Positions 1 through 14,156 of a DNA stretch of 64,000 nt are shown here, one piece after another. The position numbers and the translations under genes were made by a program. Origin of the DNA: Gnetum montanum (Eukaryota; Plantae; Gnetophyta); assembly GCA_015680685.1 (NCBI GenBank), contig MNCI01002654.1, positions 1 to 64,000 on the forward strand, written 5' to 3'. The notes beneath the pieces were generated by a model that saw only the letters and a list, made by a program, of their open reading frames with translations, ran no database searches and was not told the origin of the DNA. Position 1 is the first letter of the stretch, and every line of letters starts with the position of its first letter.

Positions 1-403
1 TAAGTGTGACTACTTGGTAACCCAGTAGCGTACCTAAGATGTGCACTTGGTAATCCCAGTGGTAGTTGTGCACGAAGTCCAAGATGTGTATGGATAATCA
101 AGGAATGGATGCTCATCACACTTAGGCTAGATTAGATTCTCTTACTCTTTCTCTCTTAGCTTAGATAATATTACTTTCCATTGTCTTCAAGAGTAGCATT
201 AGAGTAGAAACCCATCATACACCTCACTCTGGACTAAACCATACGTGACAAAGCTAATACTAGTCCAGGTGGGAAGATAGCGAACTGAAACCTAAGGCTA
301 ACTATCTAGATGCCACAACTAGTCCATTTGCAGAGTTTGACCAGATCACATGTGTAGCGCTCGTATTCATATGGTTGAGTGTAGGGTACCTCGCCACTCA
401 TCA
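1..403 (+). repeat. 5' LTR (3' part) of Athila-like copy 1
   Basis: Aligns by eye with 7911-8009, with the reverse complement of 9347-9750 and 14298-14700, and with 34520-34993. Ends TCATCA. Confidence 0.9.
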
Positions 404-404
404 T

Positions 405-422
405 TGGCGCCATTGTTGGGGA
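405..422 (+). promoter_or_regulatory. Primer-binding site, tRNA-Asp type
   Basis: TGGCGCCATTGTTGGGGA lies 1 nt after the LTR end and resembles the Athila PBS TGGCGCCGTTGCCGGGGA. Confidence 0.85.
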
Positions 423-544
423 TAGTGCTAGTTATCTAGATTAGTTATATCATACAAGGTCATTGTATAAGGACTTAACGATATATCTTTTAAAAAATAA
501 TAATTATTAAAAGTCACACGTAATTCACACACAACTTCACAACA

Positions 545-2526
545 ATGCCTCTTCTACAAGATTACAATAGTGCCACACTTAGTGAGGAAATTCATTGGAG
601 AACCAACGAACTATATGACGATGAAGATTGGAGTACACAACCTGAAGTGGGGATTTATTATAAACATGAATGAAAAAAACATCATCCCAACACATGAAAT
701 CCTAACTTACCTAATGAAGATGAACCCCTACTAGCCACTATAATCTTAATGCAAATACAAGAGGCTATTCAAATGTCACGTAGGCATCATAAAGAGAGCC
801 GTCTACCCAGGATCGATTTAAACAACTTTCCTAAATTTTTAGGAGGCTATGACTTAGATCTGTATCAACATTTACAAGCCTTCTATGATTTTTGCACATG
901 GAATAACATTGATAATGGTTGGCAAAAACTCAAGCTCTTCCCTATGACACTCGTTGACCAAGAAAAATTATGGTATAGATCGTTAAAACCAAATTCAATA
1001 CGATGTTGGTTAACAATGGTAAAATTCTTTAATGAAAAATATCAAACCTATGCAAGAGTGTCAGCCTTGAGGAAAAAAATCCAAGAGTGGAAACAAGAAA
1101 AACATGAACCCCTAGACAAGGCCTTAGAAAGATATTATGCACTGTTAAATAACTGTCCAGGCCATGGGTTTTCCAAGGAAAGGCTAATGTACCACATCAT
1201 TGATGTGCTATGTGATGAAACAAAAGAGACCCTAGGAATGTATGCCCAAGGTCAACTATATGAACTACGAACCCATCAAGTCCAAGAGGTTATTAAACAG
1301 GTAGCAAAAGAAGAAGGATAATTGGCTAGATGGGAGAGTGTTGAAAAACATCAATGGGACCAAAATCTCAACTTAACAAAGGTCCATGATCATAAAAAGG
1401 AGGAATCAACTTATGACAAGGAGAAAGAACCATCTTTCCAAATACAATAATCATTATAAGAAGCTGAGGCGAAGATTAATAAAATGTTGGAATGGACGTA
1501 TCAAAAGTGTGGAGAATTTATGAACATTATTGGAGATAGAGTTTTGACAACTGAAGAAGCAGGACAAAACGTTAGACAATCGGAAAGAAGGGATAAGGAA
1601 AATAAGAGCCCAACTACCAATCATTCATATGAATGCAACATATGAGTATACAATCACCCCAAGGGCCAATGCCCAATATTGTTAGATTTACATGAACGTT
1701 GGGGAAATACGCTACATCTAGAGTTCGTACAAAGATACTGTGTTCGATCACAGTGGCAACAACCCCAGTCATGGGGGAATCCACCACTCGACTGGAGACA
1801 TCCTTCATATCATCCGAATCCAAATGCTTATCTTGTCCAACATCCTATGTCAATAATTGGGCCAATGCACTTTATCTCAGCATAGTATCATTCTCCTCAA
1901 TACTATCAACCCATGCCTCCAACATAACCACCACCTTGTGCACCCTATACTCCTCCTAACTTTCAACATTATCACCCTTTCCCTACTTCCACATTACCAC
2001 TAACTATTCTTAAGGCACCTGCACCACCGCAACAACCCATGAATGCTACTTATGCTACTACTACCAATAGCAGTGAGAAACCTCAGCAACATCAAAAGTG
2101 TCCCTTCTTTAAACATGACCGTAAGAAGGGACAACACAATTCTGAGGCCACTGCATCCTCCATCTCAAGACAAGTCCCACACTATGGTGCACCCTTACCT
2201 TCAGACCCAATGCCTCATGTTACTTAATCAAGGCCACCATCTAACACTCCAAAAACCATACGGTGCAATGAACACAACCATGGGAGGCATCATCCCAATC
2301 CTTGCATATCATCTAATGGTCCCAAACATCATAGTGGGTCAACTTGTGATCCGGGAACTACATCATACAAATTGCCCCACTATGCTTATTATAATCAAGT
2401 GCGTGAAACCCGATGGGATAAGGATGACTAGGCTCCAATATTTCCAAGATGCAAGGACCCCCATTGTCATTTAGTAGTCCTTGCCATCCTCAACCATTTA
2501 GCTATGAGGGATGTCCCCCATTCTAA
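545..2526 (+). pseudogene. gag: Gag with retrotransposon capsid domain, degenerate Zn knuckle and long Pro/Ser/His/Tyr-rich tail; interrupted by stops and frameshifts
   Basis: ATG at 545 (MPLLQDYNS...). FPKFLG...QHLQAF...KLKLFPMTL...WYRSL...FNEKY...WKQEKHEPL...YYALLNNCPGHGF is a typical Athila gag. YECNI*VYNHPKGQCP knuckle at ~1630-1680. Collinear with copy 2. Confidence 0.82.
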
Positions 2527-3981
2527 TCATAAGCAGGATTAATAAATGTCTTTTAGTTTTCTGTAATTTTACAACTTTTTGTTTTTTAGTTTTTTATTTT
2601 TCAACTTTTTGTTTTATCTTTTTATCTTTTTGTGTTTTTGTCTTTTTATGTTTTTGTAAGTAATCTCATATATGAATAAAAAACTCATGTGGATTGTTGG
2701 TTGAGGTGTGTTCTATGTTATTAAGTCTCGAGTGAGAAATTATGTAGACAGTGAGCCAATTACACCCACTCATCCACTCTACAAATAAGAGTCTATTTAG
2801 GGGTAGAGTGATATTCTTAAAATTCTTAAAACTTAAAATTAATTTCATGTTCATTGTACCCAGAATGAAGAAGGATGGACCAAGAGGGAATGAACAAGGT
2901 GTGACATCAAGGGGACTTGCAGATTCTCTTTGGTAACATCTATGGGAGATCAAATGTAACATGGTGGTACTAAGATCCTTGTAGATCTAACGAAAAATTG
3001 GAGTAAGAGTAATCAAAAGGGCACTCAAACATCAACGTTGTTCTAGGGGGTCTTACTGGAAAGACATGCATCCATGCTTGAAGGTTGGCGACTTCTCTGG
3101 ATTCAGTAAAGTGAAAAGAAAAAAAAAGAGAGAAAGAGAAAAGAAAAAGGAAAAGGAAATGCCATAAAACAAAAATCACTCCTCCCTTGAACAAAACACC
3201 AAGTGATCATACACCTTGTTTTTATGGTACTCTCATAGTTTCTCATCATGGGATGAAATAATGTAGTGTCACTGATTAGAGAAACAGACTTGATCCTGAT
3301 GTTGGAATGATAGGTTAATGACACATTAATCATGCTTTTCACGCAGGATTCACTGTTCCCTGGGTCAATTATCTCATGTCCCAATCTCTATGATCCCTTT
3401 CTCTAGTTCATCTCATCTCAATATTCATGTAATTGTAGCTTGTATCCCATGTAACATAGAATTTTCATCTCATTCCGGTGATATTTACATGTGTGTGTTT
3501 TGTGGAGTTAGTGCGGAATACATTTAACACTTCTAGTGCCCACGGACACTCTAAGTGTGGGTATACAAGGGCATTATAGGTTGGAACCTACTTTGGGGAG
3601 GACCCACTTATGTAATTTTTTGCAATATTCACTTATGACATAGCTCACACACACAATTTCTTAACCTCATCTTAGTTTTCAAATGATTTTCATTCCCTAC
3701 TACTATCCCTCTAAATTTCAACGTTCCCATGTACCATTACATTTCCTTTTCCTTAACAACCCAATGTTTTATTAATAAAATCCACACCATCATCATTAAT
3801 GGTGCCTTTAAAATTAATGAAATTACCCAAGAACATCTTAATCATAGCTGATGTCCTCAATTTCCAACATTAATTTCAAGAAAATCCTTTAAAAATTTGG
3901 TATTTTCATGGTGTCTCATGTCACTAGGGACTTGATATCGCGTATGCGATGTATCATACGCAATATCACGTCACCGCAACC

Positions 3982-4452
3982 TATAAATAGGTGATCCCCC
4001 GCAACACTTAACATCATTTTTTCATGCACACGGGGGGAGTTTTTGCAATTTTTCTCTATGACTTGCGATTGAGTGAACCTTGCCTTTCTCACTCTATCTC
4101 ACTCACTGGTGCTCCGATTTTCATTTTGTTTGAACCTGCTTGAACCGAAAGTGTTTAGGTTAGTCATGGGGGAGGGATACTTGCCAAAAAGTGCCTAAGT
4201 TTTTTGAAAATTATCATCACCCAAAGGACATCATTTAGAATAATTAACTCTAACACTTAGAATAATTGTGCCTAAAAACCCCTAGGTATACTGGGAAACT
4301 AGAATGGAAACCACCTAAGTCATAGGACTCATTATTAAAAACTTTTAGCCACTATCACACATTATAACATAAAATCATTAATTAAGACAAGCAGTAAGGT
4401 ATAACTTAATTTCAAAAACAACCTTACTAATGCTTGGCCTATGTGATTGCAG
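3982..4452 (+). promoter_or_regulatory. Putative internal promoter (TATAAATA) and 5'-UTR intron (4159-4452) for the second ORF
   Basis: CCTATAAATAGG at 3980-3991; donor AG|GTTAGT at 4159; acceptor TGATTGCAG|ATG at 4452/4453. Confidence 0.5.
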
Positions 4453-7177
4453 ATGGCCCCGAAACGTGGACAACAAGAAGGTCCTACCCAAGGTAGAAGC
4501 AATCGATCTTAGAGAGGTGGAAGATGAGGTCCTGCCAAACAACACGTAGAACAGGAGGATCAATCATTCAGCATTCATCAAGATGAACCTCCTACTGGAC
4601 AGTCCAGGTAGGCAGAAGGAGGAGCTGCTGCTGCACCTAAACTGGGGCAACAACTCATCTTGCCTCAGGATTATGTTTAGGCTATCCATGAGAAGTCCAT
4701 ATTTACTACAGTGATTATGGAATTGAAATTTGAATCATTTGCAGAGTTCACTCGCAAGGCCATTAGGGATCACCTCAAAGGATTTCCATTATGGCCTATC
4801 CTCTCTGAAAGTAGTGTCTGGTACCTAGGAGAGACGTACCAATTTTGGCATAATAAGGAGCAAGGCACCATTATTAATATTTGTGTTGTGACAGTTGACT
4901 TCTCTACATAGGCCATTTTGGAAGTGTTAAATCTTCTAAATACAAGGCCCAAGGTTGCTCGATTATCCACCTGTTCAAACCCCGATGTGCGAAAGGATTG
5001 GTTGGAGAAGGCTTATGGTAGAGATAAAACATTTGGTGAGTTAACGATGGAAGAAAGGGTTTACTTCAAAATTGGAACATATCACCTCTTCCCCACAAAG
5101 GGCCTAAAAAGAATATCAATGTATGTGGCTACAGAATGTGCAATGTTGATGGGAAAGGTTAACGCTAACCTTCACCCATCTATATTTGATAGAGATCCTG
5201 AGGTGGTTTGAAGAACGAAAGATAGGGAAGATGGCGCTGCCTTTCCCTTGTCTCATCAGAAAGCTTTGACAACATGATGCTATTTGAGGGTACACCAATG
5301 ATGTCCTCCAAAAATTTCAAACTGCTTCATATGTCAAATTGTTAAAGGTGCCAACTCTAAGAAAATCCACTGGCGAAGAGTTGGGGCTAGAGTAAGAAAA
5401 AGAACAAATGGTTGGACCAACTGCAACTCAACTTGTAGGATGTAGTCAACCTCTAGCCACGGGTCCCTACCAACAAAAAAAAGTAGGGCCCAACACAGGC
5501 CAAGATCAACCACCACCGCCACAGGACTACAAACCGTCAATGAGCCATCTCAGGGCCATCTCTAAGATGGTCAGTTGGGGAAGTTATGATGACGCAAACC
5601 TCTTCCACATCATCGATGATGCCATTTAGCCTATGATTTCATTGGATTGCACAAGGGGGAAAGTATCCATTCACATAGGAGGAGGGGAAAGTAGATTGTC
5701 ACAACAAATCTCAGGAAACAGAACATCTTTCCAGGTGCAATTAGAGACTGGTGAAGGGGCCACTGTGGTGGTCATGCAACACCAGAATGCCATGGGAGCT
5801 ACAGAAGTGGTCGCTGATCACATCAAAGAATCCTTCAATGTACCTGTTGTGCCACCATAGGATTTCATGGGAGTACACGATGCTCAAACTCTGGCCAGAA
5901 TCTCAATGACTCTTGCGGAACATGAGGATGCACTTGATCGATTATTTCAAACAGGGCAAGAAATGATGTCCCTATTTGACATTCCTTAGGATGTTATAGC
6001 AATTCAGTTAGACCTAATTTCCAAAAAGGGGAAGCTAGTCTTAATAGAAGTAAGGGTCGAGCATGCTGAAGCTGAAGTGCAGAAACTACAAGAGCAACTT
6101 GTGGCCTTACAAGCAGCGTAGTGGGACCCTCTACAATTTGTTTTTGCAAACCAGCTAGAAAATGTTAGAACAGAGCAACTAACTAGATTGATAGTAGAGA
6201 ATAAAAGGGTGGCTGATGAAAAAGAGAAGGTTGTTTGGAATGCTTCCATAGCACAGGCGCAAGCTCATGCGCATTTTAAGGAACTTAAGGCCTTACAGGA
6301 AGAAGAAAAGCAGCTGGTTGCAGAAAACCTTTGGTTGACCACTGTAGAAAAGCAAAAGAATGTTCTTAATGAACAATTTCATCAATTACAAGAACAATTC
6401 ATCCAGGTTAACCAAGATGTAAGCCATTTAGCTAGAGAAAATTGAACCCTCTCAATGGAGGAGGTATGTGCCATTCGTCAAAAGTCAGCTATTGAGATAA
6501 GCACGTGGAGAAACAAGGCTAAACAACATGAGAAGATGAAGGAGCACTTCCACAATCAGATGGGGATGTATAAATAGATCCTTGAAAAGGAGATCCATAT
6601 GGCCAAGATCCAAATCAACATTATCAGTGCTCAACACACTAATTGGCAGTCCATATTCGACACATATGCCTTTGCCCACCAAGTGGAAGTTAAGAACCAC
6701 GACCTGTAAATTCAGGACTTGACAGAGTACATGGAGTTAGCAAATCTAAGATATGCCAACCTTTCCATGTTAACAGCCGAACACCCAAGGTTAGAGCTCG
6801 AGCAGCAGGTAGCAACCACCCACATCAAATACGAAGCAAAACTTGTAGAACGCAAGAAGCTATTGGAAAAACTAGATGTTGTAAATTCTGAACTTGAGGT
6901 GATGAAAGCTAGCTACCAGGGATAGAAAAATGTCGCAATCGACTTGGCTTGACGGCTAATAGACCTTCATGAATACAAGAATAAGGCCAGAGCCTATTAG
7001 GAGGAACAAAGGATGTTTGCAGCTTGGTATTTCAAGGCCAACCAAATGTTCCCGCAACTACCCTGTCCGTGGGAGGTGCCAACTCCATCAAACGTTGGAA
7101 CATTAGCATGGATGGCACAAGACCCTCAGACTAAAGAGGAAAAGCTCCAAGCCATTCTTCAACACAATCAAGCCTTA
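4453..7177 (+). pseudogene. Athila env-like / 'putative plant transposon protein' (Transposase_32-like) ORF with long C-terminal coiled coil, degraded
   Basis: MAPKRGQQ... start; VWYLGETYQFWHN...VDFST*AILEVLNL; LPFPCLIRKL motif at ~5237-5266; E/Q/K-rich heptad region 6000-7000; many stops. Confidence 0.62.
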
Positions 7178-7910
7178 NNNNNNNNNNNNNNNNNNNNNNN
7201 NNNNNNNNNNNNNNNNNNNNNNNNNNNNNNNNNNNNNNNNNNNNNNNNNNNNNNNNNNNNNNNNNNNNNNNNNNNNNNNNNNNNNNNNNNNNNNNNNNNN
7301 NNNNNNNNNNNNNNNNNNNNNNNNNNNNNNNNNNNNNNNNNNNNNNNNNNNNNNNNNNNNNNNNNNNNNNNNNNNNNNNNNNNNNNNNNNNNNNNNNNNN
7401 NNNNNNNNNNNNNNNNNNNNNNNNNNNNNNNNNNNNNNNNNNNNNNNNNNNNNNNNNNNNNNNNNNNNNNNNNNNNNNNNNNNNNNNNNNNNNNNNNNNN
7501 NNNNNNNNNNNNNNNNNNNNNNNNNNNNNNNNNNNNNNNNNNNNNNNNNNNNNNNNNNNNNNNNNNNNNNNNNNNNNNNNNNNNNNNNNNNNNNNNNNNN
7601 NNNNNNNNNNNNNNNNNNNNNNNNNNNNNNNNNNNNNNNNNNNNNNNNNNNNNNNNNNNNNNNNNNNNNNNNNNNNNNNNNNNNNNNNNNNNNNNNNNNN
7701 NNNNNNNNNNNNNNNNNNNNNNNNNNNNNNNNNNNNNNNNNNNNNNNNNNNNNNNNNNNNNNNNNNNNNNNNNNNNNNNNNNNNNNNNNNNNNNNNNNNN
7801 NNNNNNNNNNNNNNNNNNNNNNNNNNNNNNNNNNNNNNNNNNNNNNNNNNNNNNNNNNNNNNNNNNNNNNNNNNNNNNNNNNNNNNNNNNNNNNNNNNNN
7901 NNNNNNNNNT
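7178..7910. other. Assembly gap (N run)
   Basis: Ns. By comparison with copy 2 it should contain the ORF2 end, the PPT and most of the 3' LTR. Confidence 0.99.
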
Positions 7911-8019
7911 CTAGATGCCACAACTAGTCCATCTGCGGAGTTCGACCAGGTCGCATGTGTAACACTCATATTCGTATGGTTGAGTGTAGGGGTACCTTTC
8001 CACTCATCAAACTTGATGA

Positions 8020-8650
8020 ATTGTTGAATTTTGATAATGAATTTGAAGAATAACTATGAATGATGAATTAATGAAAAGAGAGGAATGATGTTGATTACTT
8101 GTTGGTGAATTATTTATGAAGTAATGATGAATGATGGAATTGATGAAAATAATGAAAATTTTTACAACCAAATCAATTTTTTTTCAATTTAAAGTAAAAC
8201 ATAATATGCCTATGTATATATATTCATTTTTTGGGGACATCATAGTTTAGGATGGGACATGATCTTTTTCATAAGTAGAGGGATGAAAATTGAAGGGAGA
8301 TGTGAGATTGGGGCTATTTTTCAATTACATATACCCATCAATCATTTAATAAAATGAGAAATAAATGGGTTTTCCTATTTTATCCTATATGATATAAAAA
8401 TTTAATGGAAATTACATGGATTTTGTCTCTATATTACAAAAATGGTTTGCTTGTCTTCTTTTGATCTTTGTGTTTGGAATTTCTCTTCATGTATTCATTT
8501 ATTTTCTAATATCTTCATATGTAAACATGGCCTTCAATTACTTTGAATTATGTTCTATGATGTTCAATTATTCTTCTAAATTAAAATATACAACATGAGC
8601 ACAAAATTGGAGCTGTGGATAATGAGTCCACGTGCATGGTAGAACTAACA
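8020..8650 (+). repeat. Unclassified AT-rich dispersed repeat; second diverged copy at ~52200-52870
   Basis: Shared blocks GATGGGA...GAAAAT(T)GAAGG...CCATCAATC...TCCTAT(A/G)TGA and GTGGAT(A/T)ATGAGT...GTGCATG(G/A)TAGAAC. Confidence 0.55.
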
Positions 8651-8809
8651 AAATTGTGGATGATGTAAATATATAATCATCATTAAAACCTTGTTTCATA
8701 AAAATGACATGAATTATGTAATTTATTTTAATTTTAAAAAATTTACATTAAAACATTAGTTTGAAGAAATAGTCCATTCTTTGATATATATATATACACA
8801 CACATATGA

Positions 8810-9346
8810 ATTCTTAATAGTTTGGAGAGAAGTGTTAGGAACCTTAAATTTTGAGTTACATAATAAAATCAATGGAACACAATAATATAAAATTCATTGA
8901 TAATAAGAGAGTGGTTACTACATTGTTTATTTAATAAAATAAAACTTTATCAAAATAAATCTTGCATCTTATTATCATCATTTAGAATTCATTATACAAA
9001 TTATTATGCAATTTGATGTAAAAAACCAAAAAATTATCATCAAGCAAGATTATTTATAAAGGTAAAAGATAAATTTAAAGTAGTACAAAATCATTGGAGT
9101 TCTTATAGATATAGTAAGAATTTGGAGCAAATTTTACTTAAAGTAGTTAAGTAGGTTATTAATGTTCATAAATGTAAAGCTTATAAGAATTAGGTTGATG
9201 ATGATTGTATCTAAGGTACAACTGGTATAAAAATTGCTAGTAGAGAAAAACTAGATTATTTAATTAAGAGGTATAAGTGTCTTGTTAGAAATTGAGAAAA
9301 AAAAAAGATTTTTTATTACAGTATAACAAAAATATTTTATCCACAT
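8810..9346 (+). pseudogene. 5' part (APE endonuclease and linker) of a decayed RTEX-like LINE
   Basis: Remnants FGEKC*E...INGT...VV(D)YIV, N*VDDDC (WFDxEC) and KRYKCLVR. Continues after the inserted LTR element as KNPKNF*KFF at ~15175. Confidence 0.5.
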
Positions 9347-10236
9347 TGATGAGCGGCGAGGTACCCCTACACTCAGCCATATGAATACGAGCGTTCATGC
9401 ATGATCCGGTCGAACTCCGTGGACAGGCTAGTCGTGGTATCTATATAGTTACACGTTGATCATAGTTCACTGTCTTCCCACTTGGACTAGTATGTGCTTT
9501 TTCACGTATGGTTTAGTCCAAATGAGGTGTATGATGTGATCCTAAATTAGTGCTAATCCTAGAGATAATGGAGAATAATCTTGATTAAACTAATGAATAA
9601 TAGGAAATGAAGTCTAAGCTAACCTAAGTGCGATGTGCCTCCGTTTCTTGATCATCTGTGCCTCCGTTGGACCTCATGCATGACTACTATTGGGGTTACC
9701 AAGCGTAGATCCTAGGTGCGCTACTAGGTTATCAAGTAGTCATACTTTAATGCTCTTAATTAACCCGTACTCATTCCGCATTTAATAATAGGAATAGTAA
9801 ATGATGATAAAGAAATATTAGCTAAGAAAATAATAAATAACAATAAAAATTAACAATAAAAATTAAATAATCAAAACTAAGTGAATGCTGCAATGATGAA
9901 GTAATCTCGATCTTTATTTCCAGTCATGTGCGCATCCAAGTATGTCACACTCGAATAAAGGTGTCGTACAATTACAAGCATCACACTGTGGGCAGGCACT
10001 TGGGAAAATAATCTAACTCATATGGAAAAAAATGCAAGAGCTTCGCTACAACTATCCAAAGGATGCCTAAATAAGGCAGAAGGCCCTCTTATTTATAGGC
10101 CGCGATAGGTTGCTACATAAACAAGGCCACGTCGACACAGGAAGACTACATCAACGAGGCCACATCGACACAGCCACGTATACGGGGCCTCGTATATGTG
10201 GCCTAGTTGATGCATCGACTATATGACACTTCATCG
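9347..10236 (-). repeat. 3' LTR of copy 2 (TATA CCTATAAATAAG at ~10088-10099)
   Basis: Direct repeat of 14298-15161, roughly 90% identical by eye. Confidence 0.92.
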
Positions 10237-12198
10237 TACCCCCACGACTGAATAAAAACTCGTCCTTGAGCCACAGAAAGTGAGGAACAAGATCAATTGA
10301 ATACACAGTGGATAGGTATGGGATTATTGATTGACTAGAAATTTATTCATGCCACAATGGAGAATTAAACAAAATTTGGACATAGAAACAAAAGACAAAA
10401 CTTCTGGAACTCATGGGGTTCCTGGTAGTGGTGGCTCCTCCATGGGTGTCGTTCCTTTATCCTGTGCATCAAGCATTTGAAATTGATACCATTGAAGAAG
10501 AACTTGACGTTTCTCCTCTTCTATTTAAGGATTATGAGCCATCTGTGCTAATGTTCCAATGTTTGATGGAGTCGGCACTTTTCATGGACACGGTAGCTGC
10601 GGGAACACTTGATTTCCCTTGACATGCCATGCCACAAATAGCCATTGTTCCTCTTCATAGGCTCAGGCCTTGACCTCTCCTCTCTTTGCTTGGATAGATT
10701 ATGCAGTAACAAGAGTTTCATGATGGATGTTGAATGATGGATTTCTACTCTGCATGTTTTGCATGAGATCCTCGGCCTCTGCCTCCTCCAGATCGTTCGG
10801 TTGCACCTTGAGAAGGTCCTTTTTGTTGTATCCTTTTAGGGCCATCTATAATCACACAAAGATCAATTGTTAGTAAGGTTATTGAAAAAAAGTTCAATGA
10901 TTTCATACCTTACTCATTGCCTTTAATAAATGCTGAATTCTTTACTTAGTATGATTTTAGAATTAGAAATTTTTCAGGGGATTTGCCCTAAAAGTTTAAT
11001 GTCGGACCTAGTTTTGAGGAACGTTTGATAAAATGATGACAAAGGAAAGAATAGATTTGGCAATGAAATACTCAGAGGGTATAAGATGATGTGGTGGTGT
11101 GCAACAAGTACAAATTACAAAAGTTACGCAAGTGGGTTCTCCCCAAAGCAGGTTCCAACCTATATGCCCTTGCGTAACCATACCTTAAGATGTCTGTAGC
11201 CACTAGAAGGGTTAAATGTAATCTATACTAATGCAAAAACACACACACATGTTGATACCACTGTGATGATGTATGAATTCAATGCTATACAAGACACGAG
11301 TCACAAATACATGAACAACGAGATGGAATGAATTGGAGAAGGGATTGCAAAGATTGGGACGTGAGGTAACTAACTTAGCGCACGATGAATCATGCGTGCA
11401 AAGCATGATTAACATGTCATTAACCCATCATTCCAAGATCAGGACCAAGTCCATTCCTCTAAACAGTGACATCGCATTGTTTCATCCCATGATGAGCAAG
11501 TACGAGAGTACCATAACAACAAGGCGTACGATCACTTGGCGTTTTGTTCAAGGGAGAAGTGACTTTTGTTTTGTGGCACTTTGTTTTTCTTCTATTGTTT
11601 TTCTTTTCTTTTCTCTCTCTTTTTATTTGAATATTGAATCTAGAGAAGCCGCCAACCATCAAGCATGGGTGCATGTCTTTCTCGTGGGATCCCCTATAAT
11701 AGCATTGGATTTTTAAGTGCCCTTGTGATTACTCTTACTCCCATTTTTCATTAGATCTACAAGGATCTTAGTACAACCACGTTGCATGACAACTCCCATA
11801 AACATCACCAAAGAGAATCTGCATGTCCCCTTGATGCCACACCCTAATCATTCCCTCTTGGTCCATCCTTCTTCATTCTGGGTACAATGAACACAAAATT
11901 AATTTTAAGTTCTAAAGATGTCAAGGATATCATCGTACCCAGAGCAGAACCTCTTATTAATAGAATGGTTGGGTGGATGTGATGGGATCACTATTCAAAT
12001 AATTGATCATCTAAGACTTAATAACATAGAACATACCTCAACCAACGATCCACATGAGAATTTTATTAGTAGGCGAGATTACTTGTGAAAAGACAAAAAT
12101 ACCAAAAAGACAAAAAGAAAAAACAAGTTGAAAAATGAGAAAATGGAAAAAAATTAAAAAATTAAAGAAAATGAAAAATATTTATTAATTTTGTGTTG

Positions 12199-14156
12199 TT
12201 AGAATAAAGGATACCCCCCATAACTAAATGGTTGAGCATGGCTAGAATTAATAAATGGAAGGTGGGGATCCTTGCATGTTAGAAATATTGGGACCTGGTC
12301 ATACTTACCCCATTGGGGTTCACACACTTGATTAGAGTTGACATAGTGGGGTAAGTTATAAGATGTGGTTAATTTATAAGAAGTTGACCCACTATGGTAC
12401 TTGTGACCATAAGATGGTATGTAAGGATCAACATGTCTCTCCATGTGGTAATATTCATTCGGCCCCATGGTTGTTGGAGTATTGAGTGGTGGCCTTGATA
12501 AGGTAACATGAGGCATTGGGTTTGAAGAGGAAGATGCACCACAATGTGGGATTTGTGCTACGTTGGCGGATGCAGTGGTTTCTGAACTGTGGTGTCCCTT
12601 TTGACGGTCACGTCTAAAGAAGGGATGCCTTCGATGTTGTGAAGGACCTCCACTACTGTTGACAGTAGCAGCACAAGAAACATTTGTGGGTTGGTGCTAT
12701 GGTGTAAAATCTTCTAGCATAGCTGGCAGTGATGGAGAAGGGGATGAAGTATGAGAATATTGAGGTTGAGGAGAAGTGTAAGGCACATGAGATGGTGATT
12801 CTGTTGGAGAGGACATGGGTGGATAGTATTCGAGAGAATGATAATGATGAGGTGAGGTAGAGGATGCTGATCCCGTTGGAGAAACAGGGTGTTGAACATA
12901 ATAAGAATTTGGTGTTGTGACATACAAAGGGTATGGTCCAATTGGTGGTGGCCTCCCCCATGATTGAGGTTTTTGCCACTATGGTTGGACATAGTATTTT
13001 TGTATGAACTCTGGATGTAACATTCCTCCCCAATGCTCATGTAAATGTGACAAGATTGGACATTGACCTTTGGGGTGATCATACAAACAAATATTACATT
13101 GATACATATGATTGGGAATTGAGTTCTTATCCTTATTCTCTTATACCCTTTGTTTCGATTGTTACATGGTGTCTTGTCCTGTTTCTCGATTTGGCATAGT
13201 TTGTCCTCTAACAATGTTGGCATATTCTCCACATCTTTCATGTACCCAGTCAGTCATCTTATTGATCTTTGCCTCAATTTCATCTAGTGATTTTAGGATT
13301 GGCAAAGATGATTCCACCTCCTTGAAGTGAGTTGATTTCTCCTCTTCATGATCATGGACCCTTGTTGAGTTGAGATTTTGATCCTGTTGAGAACCTTCAA
13401 CATTCTCCCATTTAATAAGCTCTTGGAATTCATGGGTTCATAGCTCATACAATTGACCTTGGGTGTACATCCCTAGGGTCTCCCTTGTTTCATTACAGAT
13501 CCCATCTATGATATGGTACATTAGCCTTTTCTTGGAGAACCCATGGCCTGGGCAGTTGTTTAACAGTGCATAATATCTTTCTAAGGCCATGTCCAAGGGT
13601 TCATGTTGTGCTTGTTTCCATTCTTGGATTTGTCTCCTCAAGGCTGACACTCTTGCATAGGTTTGATATCTTTTATTGAAAACTTCTACCATTGTCAACC
13701 AACGTCGAATTGATTTTGGTTTTAATGACCTATACCATACTTTTGCTTGGCCAACGAGTGTCAGAGGAAAGAGCTTAAGTTTTTGCCACCCATTATCAAT
13801 ATTGTTCCATGTATAGGCATTGTAGAAGGCTTGTAAATGTTGTTGTGGATCTAAATCATAGCCTCCTAAAAACTTGGAAAAGTTATTTAAATCAAGCACG
13901 GGTAGGCCTTATGATGCCTGCGGGCTATTCGAATAGCCTCTTGTATTTTTGTTAAGCTTGTAGTGGCCAGTGGGGGTTCATCGTCATCGGGTAATTTATT
14001 CTTTCGTGCATTGGGATGATGTTGTCTTTGGTTATGTTTATAAGAAATCCCCACCTTGGGTTGCGTACTCCAATCTTCATTGTCATAATATTCGTTGGTT
14101 CTCTAATCAATTGCTTCACTAGATGTGGCATTATTATAGTCTTGTAGGAGAGACAT
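12199..14156 (-). pseudogene. gag: Gag with Pro/Ser-rich tail (copy 2), degraded
   Basis: ORF 13438-13899 closely matches ORF 749-1321. Tail ORFs 12697-12927 and 12199-12516 match 1800-2526. Confidence 0.85.

Larger units (their letters stand above)
1..8009 (+). mobile_element. Non-autonomous Athila-like (Ty3) LTR retrotransposon, copy 1: gag + second ORF, no pol; 5' LTR cut by window edge, 3' LTR mostly in N gap
   Basis: LTR end ...CCACTCATCA at 403 is followed by a tRNA-Asp-type PBS. The same LTR end recurs at 7911-8009. Gag ORF at 749-1321. No RT/RH/INT motifs seen between gag and the 3' LTR. Confidence 0.88.

Noticed and set aside
3103-3384. Antisense ORF open in both Athila-like copies (also 11333-11716)
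   Set aside because: Short, with different starts and ends, runs into a T-rich tract, and has no recognisable domain; more likely conserved non-coding sequence.
7013-7969. Long ORFs spanning 7013-7969
   Set aside because: They run through the N gap; only the first ~55 codons are real (end of ORF2).
8610-8655. Possible Helitron 3' end (GTGGA..TCCAC hairpin + CTAA)
   Set aside because: The stem is only 5 bp and is not conserved in the second copy at ~52840.
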